DNA from: Alphaproteobacteria bacterium UBA3635
GTDB lineage: Bacteria > Pseudomonadota > Alphaproteobacteria > Rs-D84
Assembly (NCBI GenBank): GCA_002373935.1
Contig: DFKW01000006.1
Coordinates: 3,149-67,148 of the forward strand
Length of the DNA: 64,000 bases
Direction of reading: 5' to 3'
The number at the start of each line of letters is the position of its first letter. Position 1 is the stretch's first letter. The translations under genes and the position numbers were made by a program. Below are positions 1 to 10,191 of this stretch, piece by piece. The notes under the pieces are model-generated. The model was given only the letters and a program-made list of their open reading frames with translations, did not search any database and was not told where the DNA came from.

Positions 1-2633
1 AGGCAATTGAAAATACCGAAATAATTGCATCGCGTTGTGGATTTTTAGTTAATGTGCACGAAAAACCGTTGCTGCCAAAATTCGGTGACGATTTTGAAAC
101 CGAGTGCCAAATGTTGCGCGACAATACTATGCAGGGGCTGGCGGCGCGGATTGCCGAACACAATATCACCGACACCCAACCATATTATGACCAGGCGGAA
201 TTTGAATTAAATGTTATTATTGGCATGGGATTTCCGGGATATTTTTTAATCGTTGCCGATTATATTCAATGGTGTCGCAACAACGATATTTTAACCGGAC
301 CGGGGCGTGGTTCGGGTGCGGGTTCTATTGTGGCGTGGTGTTTGGGTATTACCCATGTTGATCCGTTGAAATATGGTTTGCTGTTTGAAAGATTTTTGAA
401 TCCTGACCGTATTTCTATGCCGGATTTCGATGTCGATTTTGAACCGACGGGTATTGAACGCGTGTTGGCATATATTTGCGACAAATATGGGCATGATTCT
501 GTATGTCGTATTATCACATTTGGCAGTTTACAGGCCCGTGGTGCAATTCGCGATATTGGACGTGTGTATGGAATACCCTATTCTAAATCCGACAGATTAT
601 CAAAACTGATTCCGGCGGACGCAAAAAAATTAAAAGATGCGGTTGATTCTTCACCCGAAATGCAGGCGGTATTGGCGGCGGATGCCGATATGGACAAGGT
701 TGTGCGTGTTGCCGAAGAATTAGAGGGTTCTATACGAAACCTGGGGCAACATGCATGTGGCGTTGTTATTGGCGACCGTCCAACAACGCAAATCGCACCG
801 GTGTATCGCGACCCATCAAACCCGTTACCATCCAGTCAATATGATGGACATTATCTAGAGGCAACGGGCCTGATTAAATTTGACTTTTTGGGGTTGGAAA
901 CATTGGTTGTGTTAAAGCATGCGGTTAAATTGATTCAACAAACGCGTGGTATTAATGTTGATTTAGACAAAATCCCAACCGATGATGATGTCACAATGAA
1001 GTTGTGGCAACGGGGCCTGACCGAGGGGATATTCCAATTCGATGCTCCGTTCGTTAAACAAACACTGCGAAAAATGCAACCGACCAGTTTTTTGGAAATA
1101 TCTGCATTGAACGCATTAAATCGACCGGGACCAATCGCGTTTATTCCGCAATTTATCGCCCGTATGCATGGCGAAGAAAAAATTGAATATGTTCATCCCA
1201 AGGCCGAACCAATATTAAAAGAATCGTATGGCATTATCGTGTATCAAGAACAGGTTATGTTATTGACACGGGCTCTCGCGAACTTTACCCGCGGTGAATC
1301 AGATACCGTGCGCAAGGCCATGGGTAAAAAGAAATTGGATTTATTGGCCAAATTAGAGGTCAAGTTCCTGAAGGGATGTGAAGAGCAAGGAACATTGGAC
1401 AATGCAACCGCCAAAGATTTGTGGGAAAAATTCAAAGAATTTGCAAAGTATGCGTTTAATAAATCGCACGCGATTGCGTATTCTATTGTTGCAAATCAAT
1501 GTGCGTATTTGAAAGCTCACTATACCCCGGAATTTATTGCCGCGGCAATGTCCAGTAATTTGAACGATACAGACCAATTGGCGTTGTTTGTTGACGATGC
1601 AAAATCTAATTTCGGTATTCAAATTGTTGCACCCGATATAAACGAAAGTGAATCTTTGTTCACGGTTAAAGGTGGCAAAATTATTTATGCGTTGGCGGCA
1701 ATCAAGGGTGTTGGAACGGCGGCAACGGACGCAATTATTGCCGAACGTAATGCAAATGGTAAATTCAAAAATTTAACAGATTTTGCCAAACGGTGTGCGC
1801 CAATTATAAATAAAAGAATCCTAGAGGCGTTTGCCCGCGTTGGCGTTTTGGATTCATTAGAGAAAAATCGTGCGGCGATATTTATGAACGCAGATATGAT
1901 TTTGTCTTATGCGTCAAAAAGTAAAGATAATGGCAATTTGTTGTCTTTGTTTGCAAACACAACCCAGGATGATGTTGTCGAAGACAGATTGCACAGCAAT
2001 TTGCCTAAAACAGAACCGTGGACATTTGCGCAACGACTGGATAATGAATTGTCTGCATTGGGTTTTTATATTTCGGCACATCCGTTGGATCAATATAAAA
2101 ATTTAATTGCACGTGAAAAATTAGTCACCAGCAGTTCGCTGGAAACCATCGGCGACAGAAAACCGGTGCGTATTGCCGCAAATGTTGGGTCTTTTTCACG
2201 GCGACGGACCAAAACCGGCAAAGAAATGATTACTATCGCGGCATCGGACAGTTTCGGCAATATTGATGCGGTGGCGTTTGGTGATGCGTCACTACAATTT
2301 GCAAATATTTTATCCAAAGAATCTTTGGTTTTAATTTCGGGTAAATCGTCAAATCGTGATGACCGAGTGTCGGTGTTTGTTGATTCAATAACCCCATTAT
2401 CACAATGGGTGGCGCAAATCGCAAAGAAAATCACATTGGATGTATGGAACGGCGATGTGTTGCCGGATTTAAAGAAAACTTTATCCGCCCTGGGCGGGGG
2501 TTCTACGCGGGTGGTATTAAACTTGCATGGGGCGGACAAAATTGCAACAATGGCATTGCCAGGCGGCGTCAATTTGGGCGAACATACGGCGTCTGATTTG
2601 GCGGCATTAGGGGTCAAGGTCCAGATAGAATAA
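1..2633 (+). CDS. dnaE: DNA polymerase III alpha subunit, C-terminal ~875 aa (5' end lies outside the window)
   Basis: The frame is open from base 3 and continuous with ORF 54..2633. Sequence is Pol III alpha-like (GRGSGAGS, IVYQEQVM, FNKSHAIAYS) with a C-terminal OB-fold-like region. Confidence 0.95.
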   Translation, partial: AIENTEIIASRCGFLVNVHEKPLLPKFGDDFETECQMLRDNTMQGLAARIAEHNITDTQPYYDQAEFELNVIIGMGFPGYFLIVADYIQWCRNNDILTGPGRGSGAGSIVAWCLGITHVDPLKYGLLFERFLNPDRISMPDFDVDFEPTGIERVLAYICDKYGHDSVCRIITFGSLQARGAIRDIGRVYGIPYSKSDRLSKLIPADAKKLKDAVDSSPEMQAVLAADADMDKVVRVAEELEGSIRNLGQHACGVVIGDRPTTQIAPVYRDPSNPLPSSQYDGHYLEATGLIKFDFLGLETLVVLKHAVKLIQQTRGINVDLDKIPTDDDVTMKLWQRGLTEGIFQFDAPFVKQTLRKMQPTSFLEISALNALNRPGPIAFIPQFIARMHGEEKIEYVHPKAEPILKESYGIIVYQEQVMLLTRALANFTRGESDTVRKAMGKKKLDLLAKLEVKFLKGCEEQGTLDNATAKDLWEKFKEFAKYAFNKSHAIAYSIVANQCAYLKAHYTPEFIAAAMSSNLNDTDQLALFVDDAKSNFGIQIVAPDINESESLFTVKGGKIIYALAAIKGVGTAATDAIIAERNANGKFKNLTDFAKRCAPIINKRILEAFARVGVLDSLEKNRAAIFMNADMILSYASKSKDNGNLLSLFANTTQDDVVEDRLHSNLPKTEPWTFAQRLDNELSALGFYISAHPLDQYKNLIAREKLVTSSSLETIGDRKPVRIAANVGSFSRRRTKTGKEMITIAASDSFGNIDAVAFGDASLQFANILSKESLVLISGKSSNRDDRVSVFVDSITPLSQWVAQIAKKITLDVWNGDVLPDLKKTLSALGGGSTRVVLNLHGADKIATMALPGGVNLGEHTASDLAALGVKVQIE

Positions 2634-3478
2634 TGAAACATATACCGGTTCTTATTAATGCAATTATGCGCGAATTGGGCGATATTCGCGGCCAACGTGT
2701 TTTGGATGCAACGTTTGGCGCGGGTGGATATACGCGTGCGTTTTTGGACGCCGGCGCATCGGTTGTTGCGTTTGATCGTGATCCAAATGTTGTGGCGGAT
2801 GCGGATGCGATAAAATCTGAATTTGGGTCGCGCTTTCGTTTTATTGCAAAACCGTTTTCGGCAATGCGTGAATTAAATGAAAAATTTGATGCGATTGTTT
2901 TTGATTTGGGTATTTCATCGATGCAGATTGATATTCCAACACGCGGTTTTTCTTTTCGGGCGGATGCACCATTGGATATGCGTATGTCGGGTGCGGGTCC
3001 AACGGCGGCGGATTTAATTGCAAACGCAACCGTTGCGGATTTGGCAAAAATTTTGCGCGATTATGGCGATGTGGCGCGTGCAAATGTTTTGGCGCGTGCG
3101 ATAATTAACGCAAAACCACAAACCACATTTGAATTAAAAAATCTGATTTATAATCCGCGGGATGTCGCCCCCGTATTCCAGGCGTTGCGTATTGCGGTGA
3201 ACGACGAAATGGGTGAGTTGCGACGGGCATTGTCGGTGGCACCGGAAATGTTAAATCCGGGTGGCAAATGTTTGGTGGTGACTTTCCATTCAATCGAAGA
3301 CAGAATTGTAAAAAACACTTTTCGCGATTTAACCACGGTACCCGGCAATCCACTGATACCTGTTGCCGCGGATGCACAATATAAATTAATTCGTGCGATA
3401 ACCCCTGATGAAAATGAAACAGAACAAAATCCGCGTTCACGGTCGGCACATTTGCGTGGCGTTCAAAAATCATATTGA
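2633..3478 (+). CDS. rsmH: 16S rRNA (cytosine1402-N4)-methyltransferase
   Basis: 281 aa with the MraW-type SAM motif DATFGAGGYT. The ATG overlaps the dnaE stop by 1 nt. Confidence 0.9.
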   Translation: MKHIPVLINAIMRELGDIRGQRVLDATFGAGGYTRAFLDAGASVVAFDRDPNVVADADAIKSEFGSRFRFIAKPFSAMRELNEKFDAIVFDLGISSMQIDIPTRGFSFRADAPLDMRMSGAGPTAADLIANATVADLAKILRDYGDVARANVLARAIINAKPQTTFELKNLIYNPRDVAPVFQALRIAVNDEMGELRRALSVAPEMLNPGGKCLVVTFHSIEDRIVKNTFRDLTTVPGNPLIPVAADAQYKLIRAITPDENETEQNPRSRSAHLRGVQKSY

Positions 3479-3525
3479 CCGGGGTGCGCAATTTAATGTA
3501 ATCTGAATACAAGACAAGGAAGAAA

Positions 3526-4020
3526 GTGATGAAAAAATTATTGGCATTTTTATTTAGTGCGGGCATAACATCGAATGCGTTGGCAAATCCGGCATGCGCG
3601 GTTTGCACGGTGGCAATTGGTGCGACATTAACAATTTCACGGCGTTTGGGCGTGTGCGACAATGCGGTTGCAATTTGGCTGGGTGCGTTTTTGGTGATAT
3701 TGGGTTATTGGGCAATTAAATGGTTTGATAAACGAAATTGGCACTTTTTCGGTCGCGATGTGGTTTTGATGTTGTTATCGTTTTCTATGATTGGCGGATT
3801 ATACATAAATCAATTGCATTACAGTCCGTGCTATTGGGTCTTGGACGCGTTTTTATTCTGGGCGATTATTGGTGGCGTGGTTTATGTTGTATCACAGAAA
3901 TTCTACGAGTTTATGAAACGGCGTAATAACAATCATGCGCACTTTCCTTTTGAAAAGGTTGTATTGGCGTTGGTGATGTTATTTATTGCCAGTTTCTTGG
4001 TATCAAAATTTGCAATGTAA
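3526..4020 (+). CDS. Polytopic membrane protein, unknown family
   Basis: 164 aa with a signal-like N-terminus and several hydrophobic segments. No family was recognised. Confidence 0.6.
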   Translation: MMKKLLAFLFSAGITSNALANPACAVCTVAIGATLTISRRLGVCDNAVAIWLGAFLVILGYWAIKWFDKRNWHFFGRDVVLMLLSFSMIGGLYINQLHYSPCYWVLDAFLFWAIIGGVVYVVSQKFYEFMKRRNNNHAHFPFEKVVLALVMLFIASFLVSKFAM

Positions 4021-4036
4021 ATAAAGGGATGATGAC

Positions 4037-4657
4037 ATGAAAAAAAATATGAAAAAATTGACAATGGAAGAAATGATTGAAAAGGTTGATGCCGCAAAAA
4101 AGGCAAACCCGTTGGATTTGTCGTCTGACCAGGATTTGTCGATTGCGTTGATGAATTTGATTTCATTGGAAGAACATTTCTTTTTCAGTGGTGCAAAAAC
4201 GAAAAAAACCGGATTTTACGATTTGTTAAATACGGTGCGTTCTATGCGCAAAGAATTGATGGAACGCATTGTTGATAAATCATCCGTCGAAGGTGGCGAG
4301 GTTTGGTGTATTTCAAAACATTTGCTGGCGGCGTCTATGCGTTTGATGGAGGTCGGAACCAAGGCATTGGGTGCCGGAAACAAACGCGACGCGGAACAAA
4401 TGTTTGAACGGGCATACGATTTATATTCCCTGTTTTGGGGATTAAATATGCACTTGATAGATTTGGATGGTGTGCATGAATCTGTGCCGGCGTTTTATGA
4501 TGGGGCGGTTGCGGCATGCAAGATGGATAACCCTAAAAAATCAGGTAAAACAAAAAATGCGGCGGTGACGACGACATCTGGGGCAACGGGTGACGAGTCA
4601 ACGGTAAAAAAACTTGGTAATTGGGTTAAACGCGCGGTCAATTGTTGTATCGAATAA
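4037..4657 (+). CDS. Hypothetical soluble protein, unknown family
   Basis: 206-aa ORF 16 nt after the previous gene, with a Lys-rich N-terminus and a C-terminus ending NCCIE. Confidence 0.55.
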   Translation: MKKNMKKLTMEEMIEKVDAAKKANPLDLSSDQDLSIALMNLISLEEHFFFSGAKTKKTGFYDLLNTVRSMRKELMERIVDKSSVEGGEVWCISKHLLAASMRLMEVGTKALGAGNKRDAEQMFERAYDLYSLFWGLNMHLIDLDGVHESVPAFYDGAVAACKMDNPKKSGKTKNAAVTTTSGATGDESTVKKLGNWVKRAVNCCIE

Positions 4658-4664
4658 AATACTG

Positions 4665-4694
4665 TTGATTTGGTTTTTCAAAAAATGGTATAAT
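4665..4694 (+). promoter_or_regulatory. Sigma-70-type promoter with extended -10
   Basis: TTGATT (4665-4670), 18-nt spacer, TGgTATAAT (-10 at 4689-4694). It lies directly upstream of the 796-aa gene. Confidence 0.55.
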
Positions 4695-4712
4695 AAACCC
4701 AAGAGAGAATGG

Positions 4713-7103
4713 ATGATTAAGCGTTTAAGATATGTTTTCTGTGGTTTGTTTATTGCGTCGATAACGGCGCCGGTGGCGTTTGGTGCCACGCCCGCCGCGC
4801 AACGTACGGCCGTGCCAACCGCGGCACGCGCATCGGGTGCGCCCGCCGCACAACGCACAAAATCGGCAACGACGCGCAATGCGCGTACGATTACAAAACG
4901 CGCGGTCGTCACCCCGAATCGGACGGCAACCACGGTAAATTCTATATCCAGGGCGGGTAATATTATCAGTGATGCCGGCAACGCGATTATTCATCGTGCT
5001 TTTGGCATTTCACGCAGTGCAAAACCGGTCGCAATTTCACGTACGGCCACGGGTACAAATACCGCACGTTCGGCGGCACGTGTTGGTGGTGCATCACGCG
5101 CACGCGCAACCGCGGTATTTAGCGATATTTCAAAATTGGGTGACGGGTATAATCAATGCCGCGATGCATATAATACATGTATGGATCAGTTCTGTGCCGG
5201 CGCAAACGAAACATATCGTCGTTGTTATTGCAGTAATACTTTCCATGATTTCCGCGATCGCGAGGATGCATTGGATGCGGCAACAACTTTATTGGCACAA
5301 TTTGAAAACAACAATTTGAACGCGGTTAATTTGTCGGCCGAAGAAGTAAATGCAATGTACACGGCAACGGCGGGCGAGCAAGCAATTAAAAATGACACAT
5401 CGGGCGCCGCGGAATTGTTAAGCAATATTGATGATTTGTTGTCTGGCAAGAAAAAGGCATCGGACACACAAAACAGTTTAACATCTTTGTCGGGATTGTC
5501 GGTTGATTTTTCGACCGATTTGGGCGACATTTGGGGAACAACATCGACATCATTGTTTGGCGACAATTCTGGGGCCGATTTATCAACCATGGACGGTGTG
5601 GAGTTATACAACAACGCACATAAACAATGTATGCAATTGGTTGGCGAAACATGCGATGCGGGCGCGGTTCGCAACATGGCAAAAAGTGCGTACAGCATTT
5701 TAATCACCCAGGATTGCAACGCATATCAAAAGAAAATTGATGCCAAGGCCGAACAGGTTAAATCGACGGTGCGCACGGCGGAAAAATACCTGCGCGAGGC
5801 ACGATTAGAAGAATATCGTTCACACAATTCGGCGGATGTGAATGCATGTTTGGACCGGGTCGAGGCCGCCCTGACCCAGCCAACGGCATGCGGTGCGGAT
5901 TATGTGAAATGTTTGGATTATTCGGGTGTATATATCAATTCTACATCAGGCGAGCCGATTTATTCCCCGCGTTTGTTCAAATTAAATGAATTGATTGTTT
6001 TGGACGGCACGTCTGCGGATGTGTTGGCACAAAACCCGCAATTTAATCAATTTTTGGATTCAAAACGCGTGTATGCGCGGACCGCATTGGAATCTTGTCG
6101 TGATTTGGCGGACACGGTTTGGGCGGAGTTTAAGCGCAACGCGTTGATTAAAATTTCCCAGGCCCAGGATGAAAAAATCGAAGAAGTGAAAATGTCTTGC
6201 GTTTCGACAATGAAGGATTGTTACGACACGCAAAGTGATGCGTTGAAAAGTTTTGACGACACAACGGCCCAGGCGTCCGGCGCATTGGCGGCCCGTGCAT
6301 CACGCGACATGTGCAGTGATAAAGTTTTGGCTTGCGCGGCGTTGTATGGTGACGAGGACGCTTGTCAAATTGATGCACGGACAAACAAGGTCACTGATAA
6401 AAACGGTAAAAAATGCGGATTGACATCTTTGCGTAACTTTGTTGATACGGTTGACGATGTTCGTATTGCCGAGGGTTGTGGCACGGCGGTTGAAAATTAT
6501 TTGAAACAAATTTGCACACCATCAACAGGCACCGAGGGATATCCGTGGAATTGCCGTTTGCGTGCATTTGGAAATTTGAACGCCAACCACAGTTGGTCAA
6601 GTTCTGCCCAAAATTCCGGCAAAGATTTGGTTAGTATGGTTATAAATTATGCAATCGATAATTGCGGTGTCGGAACAGATGGAAAACTTGAAACACGTTC
6701 GCAAAACGAGGTTGTTCAGCAATTAGAAACACTTCGCGAAGATTTGGGTGATTTGATTGGTGAAAAATGCGAGATGGCCGATGGTATTTGGGTCGATGCG
6801 GGCGACGATGATAACACAGGGTTGTCTGACGGAACAGTCATAGATAGTTTTTATAGTGTGAACTTTGGCAAAAGTCATACCCAGGCACAATCTGATTACG
6901 GCGTTGACACATGGGGTAAATGCATCAGAAACAGTGTCAAGGCGCGTTGCGATGCGGAAAACAAACGCACTGGAAATAACGGGTACGCAACATACGATGC
7001 ATCAACCGGACAATGCAATTTGACAATAGAATATTACAAATATCAATGCGAACAAGTGTTGGGTATTTGGACAGATGATAATAATTGTTATATAGAAAAG
7101 TAA
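4713..7103 (+). CDS. Large secreted Cys-rich protein, unknown family
   Basis: Start trimmed to MIKRLRYVFCGLFIASITAPVAFG (signal peptide). An Ala/Arg/Thr-rich low-complexity region is followed by roughly 28 Cys over ~650 aa. Confidence 0.75.
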   Translation: MIKRLRYVFCGLFIASITAPVAFGATPAAQRTAVPTAARASGAPAAQRTKSATTRNARTITKRAVVTPNRTATTVNSISRAGNIISDAGNAIIHRAFGISRSAKPVAISRTATGTNTARSAARVGGASRARATAVFSDISKLGDGYNQCRDAYNTCMDQFCAGANETYRRCYCSNTFHDFRDREDALDAATTLLAQFENNNLNAVNLSAEEVNAMYTATAGEQAIKNDTSGAAELLSNIDDLLSGKKKASDTQNSLTSLSGLSVDFSTDLGDIWGTTSTSLFGDNSGADLSTMDGVELYNNAHKQCMQLVGETCDAGAVRNMAKSAYSILITQDCNAYQKKIDAKAEQVKSTVRTAEKYLREARLEEYRSHNSADVNACLDRVEAALTQPTACGADYVKCLDYSGVYINSTSGEPIYSPRLFKLNELIVLDGTSADVLAQNPQFNQFLDSKRVYARTALESCRDLADTVWAEFKRNALIKISQAQDEKIEEVKMSCVSTMKDCYDTQSDALKSFDDTTAQASGALAARASRDMCSDKVLACAALYGDEDACQIDARTNKVTDKNGKKCGLTSLRNFVDTVDDVRIAEGCGTAVENYLKQICTPSTGTEGYPWNCRLRAFGNLNANHSWSSSAQNSGKDLVSMVINYAIDNCGVGTDGKLETRSQNEVVQQLETLREDLGDLIGEKCEMADGIWVDAGDDDNTGLSDGTVIDSFYSVNFGKSHTQAQSDYGVDTWGKCIRNSVKARCDAENKRTGNNGYATYDASTGQCNLTIEYYKYQCEQVLGIWTDDNNCYIEK

Positions 7104-7117
7104 AAGGTGTGGGTACG

Positions 7118-8089
7118 ATGAAAATTTTGTTTAAACAAATACATGTTTTTCTGTTTGGTTGTTTTGCATCGTTGCCAGCAATGGCTTATCATACTTTTTA
7201 TTCAAATTCCGCAGAAGAGTGTTATGTTGACACATCGCCAGATGATAGCGATGATTATTTTTGGTATTGTGGTCACCAAACGCAATCTTGTAGAAGCAAC
7301 GGCGAAAATAAAGATGATGGCCATACCTTTTTGTATCACGGAGATTATTTTTTGTGGCCTGATAAAAAAGCAACAAAAACAAACGAGAAAGTTGGTTTGT
7401 GGTCTGATGCTTCAGAACAAAAATACTGGTGTTGTGGTGGTACCAGTAGCAAATCAGGCAGATTTTATAAAGGTGATAATTGGATTACAAAGTTAGAAAC
7501 AATAACCGAAACATTACCGAACGGAAAGTGCACGTGGATTCGTAAAACCAATATTTGCGGACAAATAGATAACCCTGACGATAAATGTACCGCGGCAACT
7601 GGCGAATGCACAACAGGTTTTATATCGCATAACGGTAAATGTGTCGCGGCCTGCCCCGAAGGTCAGGCGTTTGCAAGTGCTACTTCGTCTGCATGTGTAG
7701 AGTGTGCATCGTCATCCACACAAGGAATTAGAAAAAACATTTGTATAAAATGCGAGGCAAACCAATTTTTTGATAAAACAACGTTATCTTGTATTGCGCG
7801 GTCCAGTAAATTGCAAGTTTCTGTTCAGGCATTTAATGATTGTTGGATGTGTGTCACACCGGGCGCAATGTATAATTGTATGAAAACAATATCAACCAGC
7901 GGGACTTTGAGTGACAATTTACAACAAGTTTGTTCTGTGGATGGTAAATCCGGCGATGCGTCTGTGTTTAGATTGCCCGAAACCGGATTTTTAAAATTTA
8001 TGCCCGCGACAACAGTGAACATTCGACAAATGCCGTCGTTGGCGGATTTCCAGGATGCCACGACTGTTTCAAAAATTCCACGCCGGTAA
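7118..8089 (+). CDS. Secreted Cys-rich protein with furin/EGF-like CxxC spacing
   Basis: Start trimmed to MKILFKQIHVFLFGCFASLPAMA (signal peptide). Repeated Cys patterns include CTAATGECTTG, CVAACPEG, CVECASS and CIKCEANQ. Confidence 0.7.
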   Translation: MKILFKQIHVFLFGCFASLPAMAYHTFYSNSAEECYVDTSPDDSDDYFWYCGHQTQSCRSNGENKDDGHTFLYHGDYFLWPDKKATKTNEKVGLWSDASEQKYWCCGGTSSKSGRFYKGDNWITKLETITETLPNGKCTWIRKTNICGQIDNPDDKCTAATGECTTGFISHNGKCVAACPEGQAFASATSSACVECASSSTQGIRKNICIKCEANQFFDKTTLSCIARSSKLQVSVQAFNDCWMCVTPGAMYNCMKTISTSGTLSDNLQQVCSVDGKSGDASVFRLPETGFLKFMPATTVNIRQMPSLADFQDATTVSKIPRR

Positions 8090-8096
8090 TACTTAT

Positions 8097-8129
8097 AAAA
8101 AAAATCCCGAATCTTTCGGGATTTTTTTT
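8097..8129. terminator. Bidirectional intrinsic terminator
   Basis: A-run, TCCCGA/TCGGGA stem (8105-8121) and T-run, between convergent genes. Confidence 0.8.
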
Positions 8130-8142
8130 ACAATATTTTTTA

Positions 8143-8601
8143 TTACAACATAATCGTGCCGTCGGGTTGTTGTTCGGTGACCGATACACGATCGCCCTGG
8201 TTCAATGCGGTTAAAATATCCATTACGATTGCACGTTGTTTGTCACTGGATAATTTCCAATACAAATTTATCAGGCGTAATGTTTCCGTTTTGCCCATTG
8301 GGTCATCTTCGCCCTGGTCCGATACGCGACGAGATTTTGTTGCCTTGGTTTCATCCGGCAAATTTCCCGGTAATCCACAAAAGAAAAACGATACAGGCGT
8401 GTCCAATGCGCGTCCGATTTGAAACAAACGCGATGCAGATATCCGGTTCGCCGCAGATTCATATTTTTGAATCTGTTGACACGATACGCCACACAAATCC
8501 CCCAAATCTTTCTGGGACAGGCCAAGCATACTGCGTCGTAATTGCATACGGTGACCAATATGATTATCAACACTGTTACGAATATATTGTTTTCCCGCCA
8601 T
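8143..8601 (-). CDS. XRE-family HTH transcriptional regulator
   Basis: 152 aa with HTH segment LRRSMLGLSQKDLGDLCGVSCQQIQKYESAANRISASRL. Confidence 0.85.
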   Translation of the reverse strand: MAGKQYIRNSVDNHIGHRMQLRRSMLGLSQKDLGDLCGVSCQQIQKYESAANRISASRLFQIGRALDTPVSFFFCGLPGNLPDETKATKSRRVSDQGEDDPMGKTETLRLINLYWKLSSDKQRAIVMDILTALNQGDRVSVTEQQPDGTIML

Positions 8602-8705
8602 AATTTCCTTCTTTGGTTAAATTTCATACTATTTATAATATTTTTTTGATTGTTTTGCAATAGAAAATACTTATAATTGTCGGGGTATTCTAAAGGAGAT
8701 TTTTC

Positions 8706-10181
8706 ATGAAAAAGCCATTAGTTTTGTGCATTATGGATGGGGTCGGAATAAATGAGTCGCGCGAACATAACGCGGTGGCAGAGGCAAATATGCCGTTTTT
8801 TAATTCTTTGTTGGAATCGTATCCACATTCAAAATTACGCGCGGATGGTGAATTTGTTGGGTTGCCGGATGGCCTCATGGGAAATTCCGAGGTTGGACAC
8901 ATAACAATTGGTTCGGGGCGCGTGGTGCGGCAATATTTACTGCGGTTCGCCCAAGAAAATTGGGACACTAATACAAAATTGCAAGATTTTATTTCATCTG
9001 TGCGCGATAAACACGGAATTGTGCATTTTGCGGGTTTGATGTCGTCGGGATGTGTGCATTCGAATATCAAAGACGAATTGACAATTATGAAATACATTTT
9101 AGACCGTGGTTTGCGCGTATGTATTCACTTTGTTGCCGATGGACGTGATGTGCCACCACAATCTGCGTTAGAATTTATTGATTTGATTGAATCTGAATTG
9201 TCACCATATTTTTCAGATAACCGTGCGTTTTGGGGGACTTTGTCGGGACGATATTACACAATGGACCGCAATCACAATATGGACCGAACCGAGGTGGCAT
9301 TTAATGCAATTGCGAACGGGCGCGCAGAATATTCTGTGCCAGATATTCGTGCGGCGTTGCGTGATGCGTATGCGCGTGGTGAAACAGACGAATTTATAAA
9401 ACCCATTGTAATACGCGCAACACCAATCACGGCAAATGATGGTTTTGTGTGGGGGAATTATCGTTCAGACCGGTCGCGGCAAATTGTTCGCGCGATGGCG
9501 CAATCGGATATCGGTGCAAAAATTTTGTGTTTTTCCCAATATGGCGAGGGCTTAAACGAGTTATGCCCCGCACTGATTGATGATGAAATACATGTAAATT
9601 CTTTGGGTGCGGTGTTGGCGGCCGCCGGGAAAACCCAGTTGCGTATTGCCGAAACAGAAAAATACAATCACGTCACATATTTCTTTGATATGGAATCAAA
9701 TGCAGAATTGGCGGGATGCAAAAAAATTTTAATTCCGTCACCAGATGTCGCAACATTTGATTTGAAACCGGAAATGTCGGCAATCGAGGTCACCGATACT
9801 TTGTTGACAGAATTACCAAATTTTGATGTGGTGATTTTGAATTGGGCAAATGGCGATATGGTGGGACATACGGGTGTGGAATCTGCGGCAATACGTGCCA
9901 TGGAATGTTTGGATGCGCAACTGGCGCGACTGGTGCCAAAGGTTTTAGAATTGGGTGGTGCAATACTTATTACCGCCGATCATGGTAATGCCGAGGAAAT
10001 GTGGGATTATAAAAATAATGTGCCCTGCACTTCGCATACAACAAATCCGGTGAACTTTATTATTGTGGGCCTGGGTGATGTGGTGGTCCGTGATGGCGGT
10101 TTGGCGGATATTGCGCCAACAATGCTGAAAATCTTGGGATTGCCAAAACCCGCGGACATGACCGGACATTCTTTGATATAA
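8706..10181 (+). CDS. gpmI: 2,3-bisphosphoglycerate-independent phosphoglycerate mutase
   Basis: 491 aa with an iPGM-like N-terminus (LCIMDGVGI) and metal-site region (ADHGNAE). Confidence 0.9.
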   Translation: MKKPLVLCIMDGVGINESREHNAVAEANMPFFNSLLESYPHSKLRADGEFVGLPDGLMGNSEVGHITIGSGRVVRQYLLRFAQENWDTNTKLQDFISSVRDKHGIVHFAGLMSSGCVHSNIKDELTIMKYILDRGLRVCIHFVADGRDVPPQSALEFIDLIESELSPYFSDNRAFWGTLSGRYYTMDRNHNMDRTEVAFNAIANGRAEYSVPDIRAALRDAYARGETDEFIKPIVIRATPITANDGFVWGNYRSDRSRQIVRAMAQSDIGAKILCFSQYGEGLNELCPALIDDEIHVNSLGAVLAAAGKTQLRIAETEKYNHVTYFFDMESNAELAGCKKILIPSPDVATFDLKPEMSAIEVTDTLLTELPNFDVVILNWANGDMVGHTGVESAAIRAMECLDAQLARLVPKVLELGGAILITADHGNAEEMWDYKNNVPCTSHTTNPVNFIIVGLGDVVVRDGGLADIAPTMLKILGLPKPADMTGHSLI

Positions 10182-10191
10182 GGGATTTGCA

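Noticed and set aside
4646-4657. The C-terminal CCIE of the 206-aa protein as a CaaX prenylation box (host-lipidated effector).
   Set aside because: The terminal Glu is a poor CaaX X-residue and there is no independent evidence of an intracellular lifestyle. This is too weak to claim.
4614-4712. N-terminal extensions of several track ORFs (4614, 7085, 12409, 13120, 17857, 24770, 33496, 40923, 43701, 44779, 45633, 46996, 51298, 53904, 53946, 57441, 59615, 60355).
   Set aside because: The extensions overlap upstream genes or promoters. Each is followed by an internal Met with a signal peptide, an RBS or a conserved N-terminus. Starts were trimmed accordingly, and exact starts remain uncertain by a few codons in some cases.
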